A stretch of 64,000 nt of DNA from Bilabrum cf. latius (Eukaryota): assembly GCA_965178125.1 (NCBI GenBank), contig OZ237746.1, forward strand, positions 558,001 to 622,000, read 5' to 3'. A program made the translations under genes and the position numbers. Position 1 is the stretch's first letter, and each line of letters begins with the position of its first letter. This document shows, in pieces, positions 49,340 through 63,700 of this stretch. Under the pieces are notes generated by a model. It saw only the letters and a list, made by a program, of their open reading frames with translations. It did not search any database and was not told the DNA's origin.

Positions 49340-50508
49340 TCAAGTGCTCGACACTGCTCGCCTCCGTTTGTTTACACCCACGGCGCTTTCAGAGCTGCGA
49401 GATCGTTTGGAGCCTATCTCACCGCCTCCGTCTGGCGCCAATCCAGCAGAACGCTCCGCTTTTGCGTCAGATTGCAACCCACCCGTGGATGCTTGTCCTG
49501 TCGATACCTCACCACGTGCACTGCCTCCACTCCCGCTGCTGCTATTGCCAAGCGAAGAGCCTGCGTCGCCCTGGCTGGTGCCGCTGTCGTCTTCACTCCC
49601 ACTGTTGCGAGCGGTCGCACGAAGACCCCACTTGTCGCCATTGCGAGGTCTTGTGGCCCCGTCTTGCGCTGGCTCAGCTCCCTTGTGTTCGGAGCTGTTC
49701 GTAGGAGTACCATCAGACCCGGAGGAATCATCGCTATCCTGTCCCATATTGCCGGAGTCCTGGCTGCCTCCTTCCGGCGAATCACCAGACGGAGAATCGC
49801 CCGAAGCGCCACCGCTGTCACCTGGAGCATCAAGGCTAGATCGCCCCCCCACGTCTGACGACGATGCCGCTGGCGGAGGTGCCTAAACGGACTATTTGCC
49901 GAGGTTGGCCGCTGCACCTCCATCACACCCTGTTTCGCATTCTTGGTCTGAGCCACGATGGGCGGCATCGGTTCCCGTGGCGGCACCATGCCGAGTGGTG
50001 TCCGAGCTACGTAGTGCGTGCTGATACCTTCTGGCTTGTTGCACCGCGTGTCGGTCCTCCTGGGCCTTTGAAACAACCTCGGGCTGCTCGTGCAGCAGAA
50101 TGCGGCGGTGTCTCCTCTCTCTCCGTTGCGCAGCTTCACGCCGATGCACGTCGGCCATACTGGTGTACACCGGGGCATCCACACCGGCTGCATGGGCCTG
50201 GATGTCGAACCCGTGAGATCGAAGCAGCGGCGCATTCAAGCTGAATCGACCTGTTGGCGGCCACGCTCCCGCCACTGCGCGGACATTCCGTGGCGACCTT
50301 CCGTCATGCTGCGTCTCCTGCAGCAGCCACTAGCCGTACTGGTCTCGAAGGGCTTGCACCTTGCTGTCCACACGGCGCCCTTCAGCAGAAGCAGACGACT
50401 AACCAGCAGTATTGGGTGTGGGGGCTACCATCGAGTGCTTTGGGGTCGCCGCCATGGCAGCCCGTGCGGCCTTCACCAGCACTGCATAGGTTGAGGTGGC
50501 AGTGCTCG

Positions 50509-50542
<34 letters not shown>

Positions 50543-52620
50543 ATTTGCAGCCTTTGATTGAGCATCTTGACGGTTTGCGCCGCTCTCGTGGAGAGGGACC
50601 AGCCCTGGCACTCTCGCACTGGAGGGCTCCTGCACAAACCGCACGCGCCTCGACTGCGAGTCCGTCTCGCCCGCATGGTGCTCCTCGTTTTCCGCATGGG
50701 AGTGTTGCGCCTGCCCATCGGCGTGCCCCATAGCACGCGCCGCGTCCAGCTGCCGTGCTGCCTCGGGGGGCATCTCACCATTGCCAACCCCACCCATTTC
50801 ACCATTCAGGTCCCCAACTTGATTCTCAGGCGCGCCAGCCCTTGTGCGTCCCTCTGTGCTTGGTGCAGCCTCCATCGCTTGGACATGCTCCGCTGCCTCC
50901 CTGGCCTTCTAGATGGCCTCCTGCAGCGACAGCCCATCCCTGAGCACACCCTCCTCGAAGGCCCGGAGCTCCTCGCGGCTCATGGACAGGTGGCTGGGCA
51001 CCGACCTGAGGCTCGGCATGGTGTCCAGCAGCAGCTCTCTCGCCTGCAGGGCCACGTGGCGCAGCTTATCCACCTGTCGCAGGCCCATACACTGCAGCTT
51101 CCTCAGCCGCTGTTCCCTGGAAGACAGATCGGATTGGCTGAGCGTCCCACCCGCGGTCTCGCCGCTGTCATCACCCCCTGCTCCCGATCGCTTGACCCGA
51201 TCGATCTGCTGCTGTACCCCGTGTACTGCTCTCAGCAGGCCATCCGCCTCTGCACTGGCCAGCTGAGCCGCCCGTATGGCGTGCTGCCTCAGCTAGGCGG
51301 AAGACACACCGGGCAGCGACTGGGACTGCACGGCTTCATTCCACGCGAGCTTGGCACCATCGCTCCCGCTCCCGCTCCCGCTCCCGCTCCCGGCACCACT
51401 GCTGCTGCTATGGGTAGACAGCGGAGGGGGTGCTAGCGAGTTCGGCTGGGCGCTTGCGCTCGTACCGCATGCCAGGTGTGCTTTGGACTAGACGGGGCTT
51501 GTGCCGGCAGGCGGAGCGAACCAGAACTGGGGACTTCTCCCGCTCGAGTGGGGGTGGAGAGAGGCCGATGCGCTAGAGGCAGCAGCATGAGCTGGCACGG
51601 CTTGCGCGGGTGCCCCAGCCCCCTGCTACTGCTGCTGCTGCTGAGTGTGAGCGAGCAGTAGTTCGGTGGTTTGGGGATCAAGATTCCACACGCCGACCCC
51701 TCCAGGATGCTGGATCGGACGTTGTAGCTTCATGACAGAGCCGAATGTGAGGCGCCATCCCCCTGTACTGCTTGTTGGCTATTGATCCCACGAGGAGATC
51801 TGCTTGCCGTGTGTCTCCTGGCTCGGCGTTGCATGCTGAACTTGTGCAAAACCAAGGATCTGGCCACACATACTCTTCAGTCTGCTAATATCAGATATCC
51901 TCCATGTTTCAAGCGCATATTGCACCGCGCCTGGAGACATTCGCTCGAATCTGTCCGCGAACACAGCCACCCAACTTCCAATGAGACTCTCGATCGACTT
52001 GAAGTTTACAATCCCCGCATTCTGCGATATGGTGCGTACAAACATGCAAATACTAATGCTGCACTTTCGATCACAGGGACAGAAAGGAGGTGCACGAAAA
52101 GACCAAAGGATGGGGCGTTGTCACACCGACGCTACCATCACGGGCTGCTCAAAACTTGGTCAAATCAAACAACGAATCACAAGAATACGTCGAAACATGC
52201 AACGCAGTGGCATTCGGGGGCGATTGCCCCGGAGAAATTCTCTTGGTGGCCCACAGCGGTGCCCAAAAATCGGAGACATGCAACACATCCACTCCACTAC
52301 CTCACTGTGTACCCTTCAATGATGCCACTGGCATACGGCTGCTGCAAAGTGATAGCATATAATTGCACATCTCGCACTGCTAGCATGCTGGACTCGGCTG
52401 GACGCCTGCTTCCAGCCCATTGACCGATCGAACCGTCCATCAACGAATGTAGACTGCCCTGACAGGTATAAATGCCAACGCTCAAGAGGTGCTTGCAGCG
52501 GCAGAAGTTCTTGTATTTTTTACAGAACTTATTTTCTGTATTATACCTTGGCTGTACGGCGCAATCTGGTAAGAGGTAGGGCGTATTGGATTCCGGCGCG
52601 TGCAGGTGAAGTGATGACTG
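49340..52620 (-). CDS. ASCH-like domain protein with long low-complexity C-terminus (5' end unresolved)
   Basis: AITLQQPYASGIIEG, GSWVAVFA, GQILGFAQV, KLQRPIQHPGGVGVWNL resemble ASCH motifs. Intron 52022-52305. One frame runs from 52021 to TGA 49340 through 9 TAGs. Confidence 0.6.
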
Positions 52621-52854
52621 CACTTGCCAGAGTGCCAGTGCCAGTGGCAGGGATCCGATCCTGCCATCCGGCGCTCATCAATGGATTGCTACTGCTGGTA
52701 CCTTTAGAAGTAGTTACGAGCAGACAGGCCACTGCATCAATTCTGAATGGGCCACCCTTCACATGTACAAGTGGCAGGGACCGCAAATGCTGATCCATGC
52801 TAACGCCGTACTCGCCGCATCTGGCCCGGCCGTATCTCCCCGCACAGACCATGC

Positions 52855-55751
52855 TCACCACAGCTCCTGCACGAGCCTCCTAGTTTTCTCCAGCCGGTCC
52901 ACGAAGCTCGCTGCCTAAGAGTTGTCCATTCTGCCGTGCCGCTGGGCGATCTGCGCCAGTGCCGAGACCACGGCGTGCCCCATCCGCCGGGCCCCGCACA
53001 CGTAGAACGAGCCGCCCTTCCCGTGGATCATGTCCCAAACCCTCGCCTGCCACGCGTCTTCCAGCAGCCTGTCCTGCACGTACACCTTGCCCCCGCCTCG
53101 CTGTTCCCTGGAGAAGGCCAGCACCAGCTCGCTCAGCGTCCCGTCCTCTTTCCACCCCTCGATCTCCTCCCTGTAGATGTAGTCCTCGTCCCGCCGCCTG
53201 CACCCGAAGAACAACACGGTCTCGCCCACCGCATCTGCCCCCAGCCGCTCCCTCTGGATGGCTCGCTCCTGCAGAAAGGCGCGCATGGGGGCGATCCCCG
53301 TCCCGGGGCCTACAAGCACAACCGGCAGTCGTGGGTCGGGCGGCAGCTCGAAATGGGACGTCGTGACAAACACTCGCATGGTGGGCCAGGGGCCCGTCTG
53401 GTCGACAGCTCCAGTCCCGGCGGCGGCCGCAGCCCCGGATGCCGCTGGTCCCACCACCACCCCGTCCTCTGTTCTGTGGGGCCGCACCCCCTGCATGTAG
53501 TGGGTGCACACACCCATGTGTTCCCTGGTCGGGTCCTGGGCCGCCTTGGGCTCTCTGACGATGGACACTGCCAGGTGGATCCGCCTGGGGTGCGCCACAG
53601 AGGAGGACGCGATGGTGTACTGGCGGGGCTTGAGCCTGGGCGCCAGCTCGAGAAATGCGCCCAGAGGGGGCTTCACCGACGAGAACTCCTGCAGCACCTC
53701 CACCAGGGAGCGGCGGGGCTGCACGGCCCACTCTTGCCACTCCCCTCTGCCCTCTGGCTTGGAGAAGAAGGCCAGCCTCGCCCTGTCCTCCGGCTTGGTG
53801 GCCCAGCGAGCCAGCTGGCCCACGAACTCTCTCGAGGGAGTGGCCTGCAGATCCACGTACCACGAGAGGGCAGCACGCACCGTGGTGGGTGTGGGGAACA
53901 GAGGCTCAGGCTGGTCCTCCTCGTCAGCCCCCGCATCGCCTTGTTCCCTGGGCTCCAGCACGAACCAGGCATCTGGATCCTCGAACTCGCCCCCCAGCCA
54001 GGCGCAAAGCGGCTCCACCACGGAGTCCGGGTTCTGGGGCAGCACGCTCAAGTTGTCCGCCGTCTCATAGGCCAGCCCGCTGCCTCTGAGGTCCAGCTCG
54101 ACGTGGAACGTGGAGGCGTCCGGCTGCGGCTTTTGTCGGAGCTCCCTGTTCGCGATGACCCGCACGGGCACCGCGGTGAAATACGGCTCCGATTCCATCG
54201 AGGCCGCTTTGCCCTGGTCCGCCAGCCCCCGTGGGACAGCCTTAGACACCCCGTATGACTTGCCCGCGTGCTTGAGCTCACCCCCCGAGGCAGCCGTGGC
54301 GTCGCCAGCGGCCGCCCTCGCCCAGGATGGCCCCGCCGTGGCCTGCGCCTCCTCCTCCTTCACCGGTGAAAACCCCTGCAGCAGGCTGGGGTCCCGCCGA
54401 GCAGCCGCCGCGAAAGCCTCGCCCTTCCTTCGCAGCGCCTCGGGCTCTGGCACCATCCGCAGCTGCATGGACAGGTCCGCTGCATCGGGGAGGCCGTCTC
54501 CCGCCGATCCACCGGTGGACCCGTCACCCGATCCGGAGGATTCCTCCGCTAGACCCGCGGCCTTCCTCAGCGCTGGCCACAGCTGCTGTCTCCACTGCGC
54601 GAAGTCCTCGTTGATGTTGTCGTCGTCATCGCCTTCGCCATACGGCACCACGCGCTCGGCCCCGCCCTGCTCGAGTCCCTGATTCGTCTGCTTCCCGATA
54701 GCATTGTAGTGGTCGTACGTCTTATTTCCCAGGCCAAACACGCCGAAACGGAGGCCTCGAAGGGCACCAGAGCCGGCAGCGGCACCCCCCCCGCCCCCGC
54801 CCCCCTGCTCTTCGAGCCACTCCATGAACCCCTCCGCGTTGGCCGTGGGATCTCCCTCTCCGTACGTGGCCATCAAGAACAGCGACAGCGGTGGCCCCGC
54901 GCCCTCGCTTGCCCCTGCCCCCGCCCCCGCCCCGTCCTCCCCCCGGGCAAAGTTGGCAGGGTTCCATCCCTCAAGGTCGATCGACTTGCCGCGGAACCCG
55001 TGCCGCCGGGCCTCCTTGACCAGCTTAGAGGCGAATCGCTGGGCAGTTCCGGTTTGGGAGCCCCAGAACACCCGCAGGAGCGGCTTTGACCCAGAGCCGG
55101 CCGCGTCCTCCTCCTCCTCGGCGGGGTCGGCCGCGTCGTCGCCCGCCTCCTCCTCGTCCTCGCTCTCCTCGTCGTCCACCATCCTGCGGTGCATGGGAGC
55201 GACAAAGCTGGAGCATGGGGGGCGGTGGTCAAGTACAACAAGCTAGTGTCTATCGGCACGGACTAGTTTATGCGGTGTGCGTTCCCGCTGTCCCGACGGC
55301 CTGCACAACGCCGTCCAGCTCTGCCCACTCTTGCAGCCACTCGAGGTATCCAGCAGAAGACAGCTCCAAGACGAGTACAATCGCAGGGGCTTCATATAAT
55401 TATCTACATCCATGCAGCAAATCTCTTGAAATGCAACAAGTTGTGCCGCATAAAAGCAAGCTGCGGTAAGGGCACATTGCTGTCCGGAACTCAGCAAGCC
55501 AACCCGCAAGTATTTGAGGTGCGTGGAGCACCGTTGCTACATAATACACTGCCCGATACCAAGTCATTTCCGCACATCCACAAGCATTGGTTTCAGTTGG
55601 CAAAGAGACTGGTGACGTCATGGCGATGGGTCCCTCACTGCACAAGTCTAGGATCCACTGCTGGTTTCGCAGGCCAAAATATATAGGCTAGGATTCCGAT
55701 GCAACCTAATATCACTAATATCCCAAGTGGGCTTGCCAATATCCCCGACAT
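52855..55751 (-). CDS. POR: NADPH-cytochrome P450 reductase
   Basis: N-terminal TM exon 55751-55639; intron 55184-55638. GSQTGTA, ATYGEGD, FGLGNKTY, RQYTIASS, GPGTGIAP, FFGCR, AFSRE, KVYVQ, YVCG. Terminal Trp (VQELW) is reached only through TAG 52915. Confidence 0.93.
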
Positions 55752-56110
55752 CGCCCTCAGATTGGCAGAGGCGCTAGTCCACCTATTTTGTCATTTTTTG
55801 CGGTTGTAACCAAATTGCATTGCACTGTAGCGAATCTCAAAACACACTGCCCGTGCTCTACAGGGTGCTACAGTTGGTAGCTGATTTGCTTTTCACCGTA
55901 TCTGTTCGTGTAGATTGACGAATAAGTCCTTCACCTACCGTTTGGTGGCTGATCCATCGTTCGATTGGGTAGCTGTGGTGGAAACGAAGCAGCTTGCAGC
56001 TCCGGTCCATCCCGCTGTCCACGTTGGTGGCCAGTCGATCAGGACTGTCATACCGCAGCTAGTTTCGGCAGGCGGATCGCGCAACTTGCATATATAATTG
56101 GATTTGCTGA

Positions 56111-57628
56111 ATGAACAGGGACTCCGGCACCCAGCTTCTGGGGCAAGCGCTTGCAGCAGCGAAATCAGGGGATGCAGCGAAAGCCCAGCGCCACCTGGCC
56201 AGGTGTAGAAGAATAGACCCGGACCACCCGAGGTTGGAACAAGTATTTCAGCAGGTAGATGCCATGCTGAATCCGTAGGCAGAGCCCGAACCGCCCGGCG
56301 GTGCTGCTGGTGCGCAGGGAGAACCACCAGGCAGCGGCCGCGCAGGAGACGGAGGGAGGGAAGGCCTGCGATAGCGAAGAGGGGCCCCGAGCCGATCTGC
56401 ATCGTAGCCAAACACACAGAGACACGCATCATCCCGGGCCAGCGAGCCCCCCCGCCGCGCGGCCAGCGGAACCTCCACCTCCGCTGCGCACGCCGCCAGC
56501 CCCTCCGCGGGGCACTCGAGCGGACGGGCCGCAGACGCGGCGCAATCCGCCGAGGTGCGGCGCGTGCTAGGCACCAAGGATCTCTACGAGGTTCTGCGCG
56601 TCTCCCGAGACGCCACCGAGGCTCAGATCAAGCGCGGGTACAAGCTGCTGGCAAGGAAGGTGCACCCCGACAGGAACCCCGACCCAAGGGCCACGGAGGC
56701 CTTCCAGAAGATGCAGCGGGCGCAGGACGTGCTGCTGGACGGTGACAAGCGGGCCTATTACGATCAGCACGGGGAGGAGGAAGGGGTGCACCAGGCGCAG
56801 CAGCAGCAGCAGCATGCTGATAGGGTGCACCGGGCCTATCGGAGACGGCAGCGGGGCGGGGACCCCTTCGAGCAGATGTTCTTCGGGGGAGGCGGGCCCT
56901 TCGGAGGGGGTGGCGTGCAGTTTGGTTTCATGGATGATTTCGGCAACGTGCAATTTCGGGGGATGGGGGGCCGCCGTCGAGCGGAGCGTGCTGGCCCCGA
57001 GGACGAGCAGCGTGCTCGGATGGCGTCCCTGCTGCAGCTGCTGCCTGTGGTGCTGCTGCTGCTCTTCACCCTCGTGCCCATGCTCATCTCCGGCCTGAAC
57101 TCGCCCTCGTTCTCCTTGGACAGGCAGGGCCCCTTCAGCGTGTCCATGAGGACTGCTGAGGCGGCGGGAGTGACCCCTGGCCTGCCCTATTTCGTGACAC
57201 GGGACTAGTACGCGACGCTGCACACGAGCCGAAGCGAGAGGCACCGGGTGGAGAGGGACGTGGACGGGCAGCTGAGGGACCGGTTGAAGAACCAGTGCAA
57301 GCAGCAGCGCATGCGAAGGCACGCCACGCGCATGCAGGCAGAGCGAGCGTGGGACAGGCGCACCCGGGACATCCTCAAGAGGCAGGCGGAGTCGCTGACT
57401 CTGGATAGCTGCGACCTGTATGACCAGTACTTCTCGCTGCAGAGCGCGGCGGCGAGGGCGAGGCAGAGGTCCAGAAAGGGTGGGTGGAGGAAGCACGGGC
57501 AAGGGGGGGCGGCCGGGGGAGGGGCCGCCAAGGGTGGGGCGGCGGCGCAGGGCCAGGCTGGGGGTAAGGGGGCTTCCGGGCGTGCCAAGAAATCAAGTGG
57601 TAGCAAGCGAAAGAACAAGTTCGGTTGA
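56111..57628 (+). CDS. ER membrane DnaJ protein (DNAJB12/14-like)
   Basis: MNRD...KAQRHL N-terminus, J-domain with HPD, G/F region, TM (LLQLLPVVLLLLF) and a luminal domain. TAGs at 56276, 56372, 57206. Ends TGA. Confidence 0.88.
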
Positions 57629-57727
57629 CTGAAATAAAGTTGGAATCGAGTATGCAGCCAGCGTCCATCTCTACAAATCCTGAATCAGCCCAGGATCTCC
57701 TTGTGTCTTTGCTATTCATTCACACCA

Positions 57728-58124
57728 TCACCTTCGCTGCCGGTTCAGCCTCGCGCTTGCTGCGCTGGCCATCGCCTGCCGCAGGAGCCGCTGCTTGGCA
57801 GACCCCAGCTGGGGCGGAGCCTGCGCCCTGGCCCAGAGCCCCGACGCAGTCCCCGCCCTCGTCACACCCCCTCCGCTGCCCAGCTCCCTCGCGTGTTCCC
57901 CAGGCAGCGCAGCCACCCCCACCGCTCCATTGAAAGAGGAGCTGCCTGGCCCCGCCTCCCCGTCACGTCCAGCAGCGCCCGTCCCGCTGGCACCAGACCC
58001 CGCGCCTGCCCTTCCTGCACTGGCATCGGGGACCTCTGTGGCTAGCATGGCGGCGGGCAGGGAGGGCGCGACAAGGCTGCCTCCCGCGCCGGACCTGGAG
58101 GCCGAGGTGGACGAGGCAGCCGAT

Positions 58125-58173
<49 letters not shown>

Positions 58174-59254
58174 ATGCAGAGGCATGCCCCCTTGGCTTCG
58201 CGGGGCCGCGCGCACTTCCACCCCGGCGATGATGGGATGCCTCTGTCAAGGGCCTCGCCCGCAGCGCCCCTCTCTCCCCCTCCATCACCAGGCCAGCGCC
58301 GCCCCTACCCTGGCCCTTGCCCCCTCCCTTGCCCTGCGCAACCCCGTTGTGCCCGCCCCCCGCAGAGTGCTCGTCCTTCCTGGCCGCCTCCCGTCGAGCC
58401 ACCACCTCCCGCACTGTCCCCGCCACGGCAGGGTCGATCCTCCCCGCGAGCCGCCCTTCGAGCTCTGCATCCGTGATGCCTCGCTGGCTCTGCTGCACGC
58501 GATGCTCTGCCTGACGCCGCTGCAGGAAGCGCTGCAGCTCGCGGTCCTCGGCCGCCGCCTGGTGCTCGTCGCTGCGCGCCCCCAGACGCCCCTGCTTGCG
58601 GAGCCGCTTGGCGCCGCGCTTGCCCGCCTCCAGCTCGAGGATGGCCAGCTCCTCCTGCCTGGCGGCGTCGCGGGCGTCTCGGCGCGCGTCCAGATCCTTA
58701 AGCTTGCGCTCCGCAACTTCTAGCCTTGATTGTCCGTCTCGCGCGGCCTTGCCGCCCTGCATGAGCATGCGGAGGGCTGTCGCGTGCTCCTTGGCCAGCG
58801 CCTTCTCTGCCTTGCGGTCGATGCGCTGCTGAAGCTGCTTCTTCTTCCTAGTCTGGCTGCCGGTTACGCCCATAGATCTTCGCTGCTGCATGACTTCCTT
58901 CGCGACCGCGGTTACGCGACGCTTATACTTCTTCAGGCTCTCTCCTTGGATTCGCTCCACTTTCGGCATCGCTGGACCCTTGCTACCGCTGCTTCCGCGG
59001 CCTGAATCCCCTGCACTGGAGGGCTCACGAGGCCGTTTGCGACCTACAAGTGTTCCGCTTCTAGTGAATCGCATCTCTTCCTTCGGGATAGTATGCGTTG
59101 GCAGCAGTTGCCGCTGGACTTCTCTTCGCTCGTCCTTGGCTGTAATTGGAGCATCCCGTCGCTTAGCAACCACTGGGTCCTCGGGAACAACGCCTCCAGT
59201 CTTTGAGAAAGGGTCAATTGCCTTAATCTTGCGCTTGCGGGAAAGGCGCCCCAT
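57728..59254 (-). CDS. Basic coiled-coil protein (CCDC137-like, tentative)
   Basis: Intact 508-aa ORF; RKRKIKAIDPF and IQGESLKKYKRRV motifs. Confidence 0.55.
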
Positions 59255-59410
59255 CGCTGCAGGTCTGAAGTCCGGTTCCTTCCCTTCGATTTATTGCATT
59301 CATCTTTAAAAATAGTACTGCGCGGCGCCGTACGAAATGTTCCGCTTGGGTGGCGTGCAGTTGCGTTTGTTGTTTCTTGCGCACGATTTTTACTCAAGAA
59401 CTCAGGAAAC

Positions 59411-60307
59411 ATGAGCTTCAGAGGACGCGGAGGCGGTGGATACGGTGGTGGTGGATATGGTGGAGGTGGTCGCGGTGGTGGCGGATTCCGTGGGGGAGGA
59501 AGAGGCGGAGGACGGGGTGGTTTCCGCGGCGGAGGCCGAGGCGGCAGGGGCGGCGGTCGTGGGGGTGCTAGGATGGGTGGTTACGATACAAACCCTTCCC
59601 ACGTAGTAGGTGAGGTTTATGTTGAATGCCTTCACTGTTTGATTTTGCACGATGAGCTCTTTGCGGCTGCTGTAGAGCACACGCTCACCACGCATTTAGT
59701 TTCTTGGCAATAGCATTCCCCTGGCATTTACGTCAATTAGTTTGCTGAACCTATTGCGTGTCATTATTTTTTTCTTGCAGGTCTAGGAGAATTCATGCAT
59801 GAGTGCGAGAAAGATATGGTGTGCAAGGGCACGCTCGTGGAACAGGTCCCGTACTTCAACGCTCCCGTGTTTTCGGAGACCAAGCAGCATCTAGGCAAGG
59901 TTGATGAGATTTTTGGAAACTTGAGTTAGCTTATGTTTACGGTGAAGACGGAGCCGGGCGTGAATGCATCGAGCTTCAAGGCAGGCGACAAGTTGAGCAT
60001 CGCTCCTGACAAGCTGCTGCCCCTTGCTCGGTTCCTGCCGGGGGCCAAGAGACCGCCCAGCTCGGGTGGACGTGGTGGAGCGCGCGGGGGCCGCGGTGGC
60101 GGGCGCGGCGGATTCCGTGGCGGAGGCCGGGGTGGAGGCCGCGGCGGCGGGTTCAGCAGAGGGGGGTTCGGGGGAGGCAGGGGCCGCGGCGGCGGGCGCG
60201 GTGGATTTGGCGGCCGGGGTGGGGGCCGAGGCGGAGGGTTCGGCGGGGGCCGGGGTGGAGGGTTCGGTGGAGGCCGGGGCGGAGGGGGCGGCAGGGGCCG
60301 CTGGTGA
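59411..60307 (+). CDS. GAR1: H/ACA snoRNP subunit Gar1
   Basis: RGG tails flanking the core LGEFMHECE...VPYFNAPVF...GKVDEIFG...[10 protein letters not shown]. Intron 59610-59780. TAG 59927 lies inside the core domain. Confidence 0.95.
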
Positions 60308-60703
60308 TGTAGCATGCTCGGGGCGGCAGGCGGTTACCCACGCTTGGGAAATAGATACGATTCTTGCGTTTGTCCACAGCCGTGGCCTGGTCAGGCCAGG
60401 CATTCAAGATACAATCAGAGTACAGCGCGCCCACCACTACGATCAGGTCCGCATAAGCACCTGATATGCTTGATCCGATCACAAGTGTGGCGAGTGCCTG
60501 CCCACCTGCCCACCTGTGCTCACCAAGGCACCCCCTACGCCCAGTGAAACGTAGATCTACCGAGTGGCCTTGATGACGAGAAAACCGAAATGATGGATAG
60601 CGACTGCCATGAATTCTGTAAAGAAGACGCCCAACTGCACAGACGAGAACTTACCAACACATATATATAGTATGAAATGAGCGTGCCAATCGCACTCGCA
60701 CGA

Positions 60704-63700
60704 TCACTCGCCAGGCACCACCACTGCAGGCTCTGCCCTCTGCACTATCCCCGACAGGATCTCACAGGACCTCGCGGTGTACCAGTCTACGGGTCTGCCG
60801 GCCGCACGCACCACGTCGCGGGCGATCCTTCGGGAGATGAACTGGTGGACCGCCTGCTCCACCACGCCCACCTGCACCGCTTCGTCGAGCAAATCGCCCA
60901 CGTCGATCGTAATATCGCTGTGGTCCGGAGTCCAAGAGAAACTCGGGTCGATCGTCGTGCCGTCAACCTGCAGGGGTCGCGGGGCCCTGGGTGCACTCAG
61001 TCGCACCGTCGCTCTCACGACAGTCTCCGTGCCCTCGCCCTCGGCGGCGGGGACCTGCGCCAGCTCAATCTCATCGACGGACACGTGCACCAGTGCAGCC
61101 GAGGTCACGCTATCCGCCCCTCCCTCGGGCCACACCCGCATCCGGATGGAGTCGGTGATCTGCGCGGAATCCATCATCAGCGGGTTGGCTGCACCGAACA
61201 TGGGCTCGCCTCTGTCCACGCCCCTGACCACCACCCTGATCTCCTGCTGCACGACCTCTTGGCTGACGTACTGCTGCTGGGAGGGCAGCTGGGTCACCGT
61301 GATGGACTCGGGCACGTCCGGCGTGGAGGCACGGGGCACGACTCCCGCCACCTCGACGTTGCAGGCCAGCTGTGCCTCCACCACGAAGACCTCGCTGGTG
61401 TGGAGGGACGCCCCATGACCCCGCACTGGGGCGAGTGCTTCCGCCACGCGCACGGCCGTCCTGTTGGTTGCCTCGAAGCAGAACCGCACAGTGCCCGCCT
61501 CCTGGGGGGCGCTCGTCTCGAGCACAACCAGAGTCCCGTCGGTCGTCAGGCCGAACACCTCAGCTGCGTCCCTGCACATCTCGTCGATTCCACCATATGC
61601 ATCCGAGCCCCGCCCTCCTGCTGGTGTTCCCCCGAAGATCTTGAACCCCTCGAACTCGCCCCCCGGCAGACCGTCGGGCTCCTAGATCTCACCGACTCCC
61701 CTGCCCCCGATGGCAGCCCCCTGCTTGCCGCTTGAGATGCCTCGGAAGGACGAGTCCAGCGGAGTGGGGCCGAACACGAGCGCTGCAGTAGACTGCAGGC
61801 TGACACTCCCAGTGCCATCACCCCCCACGCCAGTGTTCCCCAGGCTGCTCATCCGGATGATCGTCGAGTAGGTGTAGCTCGTTGCGAAGGGCCCCTGCAC
61901 GACGGCCCGCGTGGGATTGCTCCCGAACTGAAGCGGCCCGTCGTGTGACAGACCCACGAAGACCGTGTCGCCACCCTCCACCCCGATGGATGCACCGACA
62001 TCCATCGCGTCCACGATGTAGGTGTAGTACCCCGAGTCGCCCTCTGGCCGCCCCATCACCTCTGCGCTGGCCAGGCTCAAGTCATGGGCATACCTCACCG
62101 CCAGAAGGTCGGGGTTGAATCCGGTGGCTGCTGACACCGGGGCCGAGTTAGAGCCCAGCTGGCCTGCGGAACCCGTCTGAGTCAGTGACCGGGTCACGTT
62201 GGTGATGCCGTTCACGGTCTGACCCAGCAGACGGACGACCGCGGTGAATCCACCGGTGGGCATCCACTGCAGTGCCATGCACCCTTCCTCCACCGCGCTC
62301 CCTGCCACATCCTCCACCCCGTCCCACAGACCCGTCCCCTGCACCTCCATGCTCCCACGGGTCACCACCGACATGAAGCCGAACCCCTTGATGTCACCAG
62401 AACCACTCTGTCTTGTTCTCTCGTACTAACCAGAGCCTGAGTCAAGCCCCGACCAGTCAAAGGAGGCTCCGATGGCAGCGCCGCACACCGCCACTCGCCC
62501 ACCTTGCCCCATCGTCGACACGCCCACCGCAGCGTACGAGGGCATCATCGACGGAAGACCGGAACTCGGCGACAGGTGCAGCACTTGCTCGATGGTGGGT
62601 GGGGACGAGGTCCCCCCAGGGACTCGGAATCGCAGGAGCGCCCCCTGCGCCGCGTCCGATGGCCTCCCGCTGGCGGCCTGCCCCAGGCTCCTCAGCAGCA
62701 CGTCGTTCCCGTCGCTGTCCTGGCCCAGGGTCGCGTTGTGTTCCCCGTCCATCGAAGCTGAGTACCTGACCATCAGATACAGGTCGGTGCCGTCTTCCGC
62801 CGCGGCCATGCTCATGTACTCGATGCTGAGATCTGCTGCAGTGCTGCCATAGGTGGCAGCGTCCGCTTCGTTGATGGTCACGAAGCCAAGGGGAAGCCCG
62901 TTGCTCAGGTTGTATGCCACGATGGAAACGCTGGGCTGTTCTAGCTTAGGCACGGCCGCGCCCGTGACTTCCGTCGGGAGGTTGCTCCCATCTGCAGAGG
63001 TGAAATCAGAGTTGTAGATGTCTAGGGCCTCGTCAGGACCCCCGTGAGTTGTGCATGCCAGGGCCAGCACGCCTGCCCCGGGCATCGCGGCAGCACCCGG
63101 GCACCTGGCCTGTTCTACTGCGGTGTCTGTGGCGGGCCCGATGGTCGCATATGCCAAGGAGCCGTCCAGTGCGTTCACGCCAATTATCATGGTGGCGATT
63201 CCCTGCAGTGTGCTGGGGGTAAGGCTGATGGAGGACTGCCCGCCCGCCACGGTGGGAGGCGTCGTGCCGGCTTCCCAAGTGGTCGCGGTCAAATCGACGG
63301 ACGCCGCGCCGCCCACTTCCACCCTGAACTCGAGCGTCGCTACGACGAGGCCATGTGCTTTGTCTTGAACGAGCGACTTTGGGGCGATGCCGGAGATATC
63401 ACCGGAGGGCGACAGCAAGCCAGTCACACCTTTCAACGCACCAGTGTCGGGGTCCAGATACAGCAGCCGTGCAACAGTTTCGGTGTTTCCTGGCGCGATC
63501 TCTAGAAGTGTTCCATCTGAAGATTCAATTTCAATGGGTGTGGACGTGCCTTCGGTCGATGTTCCGACCAGCACAACCACATGGTCTTGCGCCCTTACGA
63601 TGCCGCCAACGCGGTCGCGCTCTGTGCCAGTACGATCGTTTGGGTACGCCACCGTCCGGTTCCAAGCAAATCCAGATGGGGACGTGCCTGTTGGCCCGGC

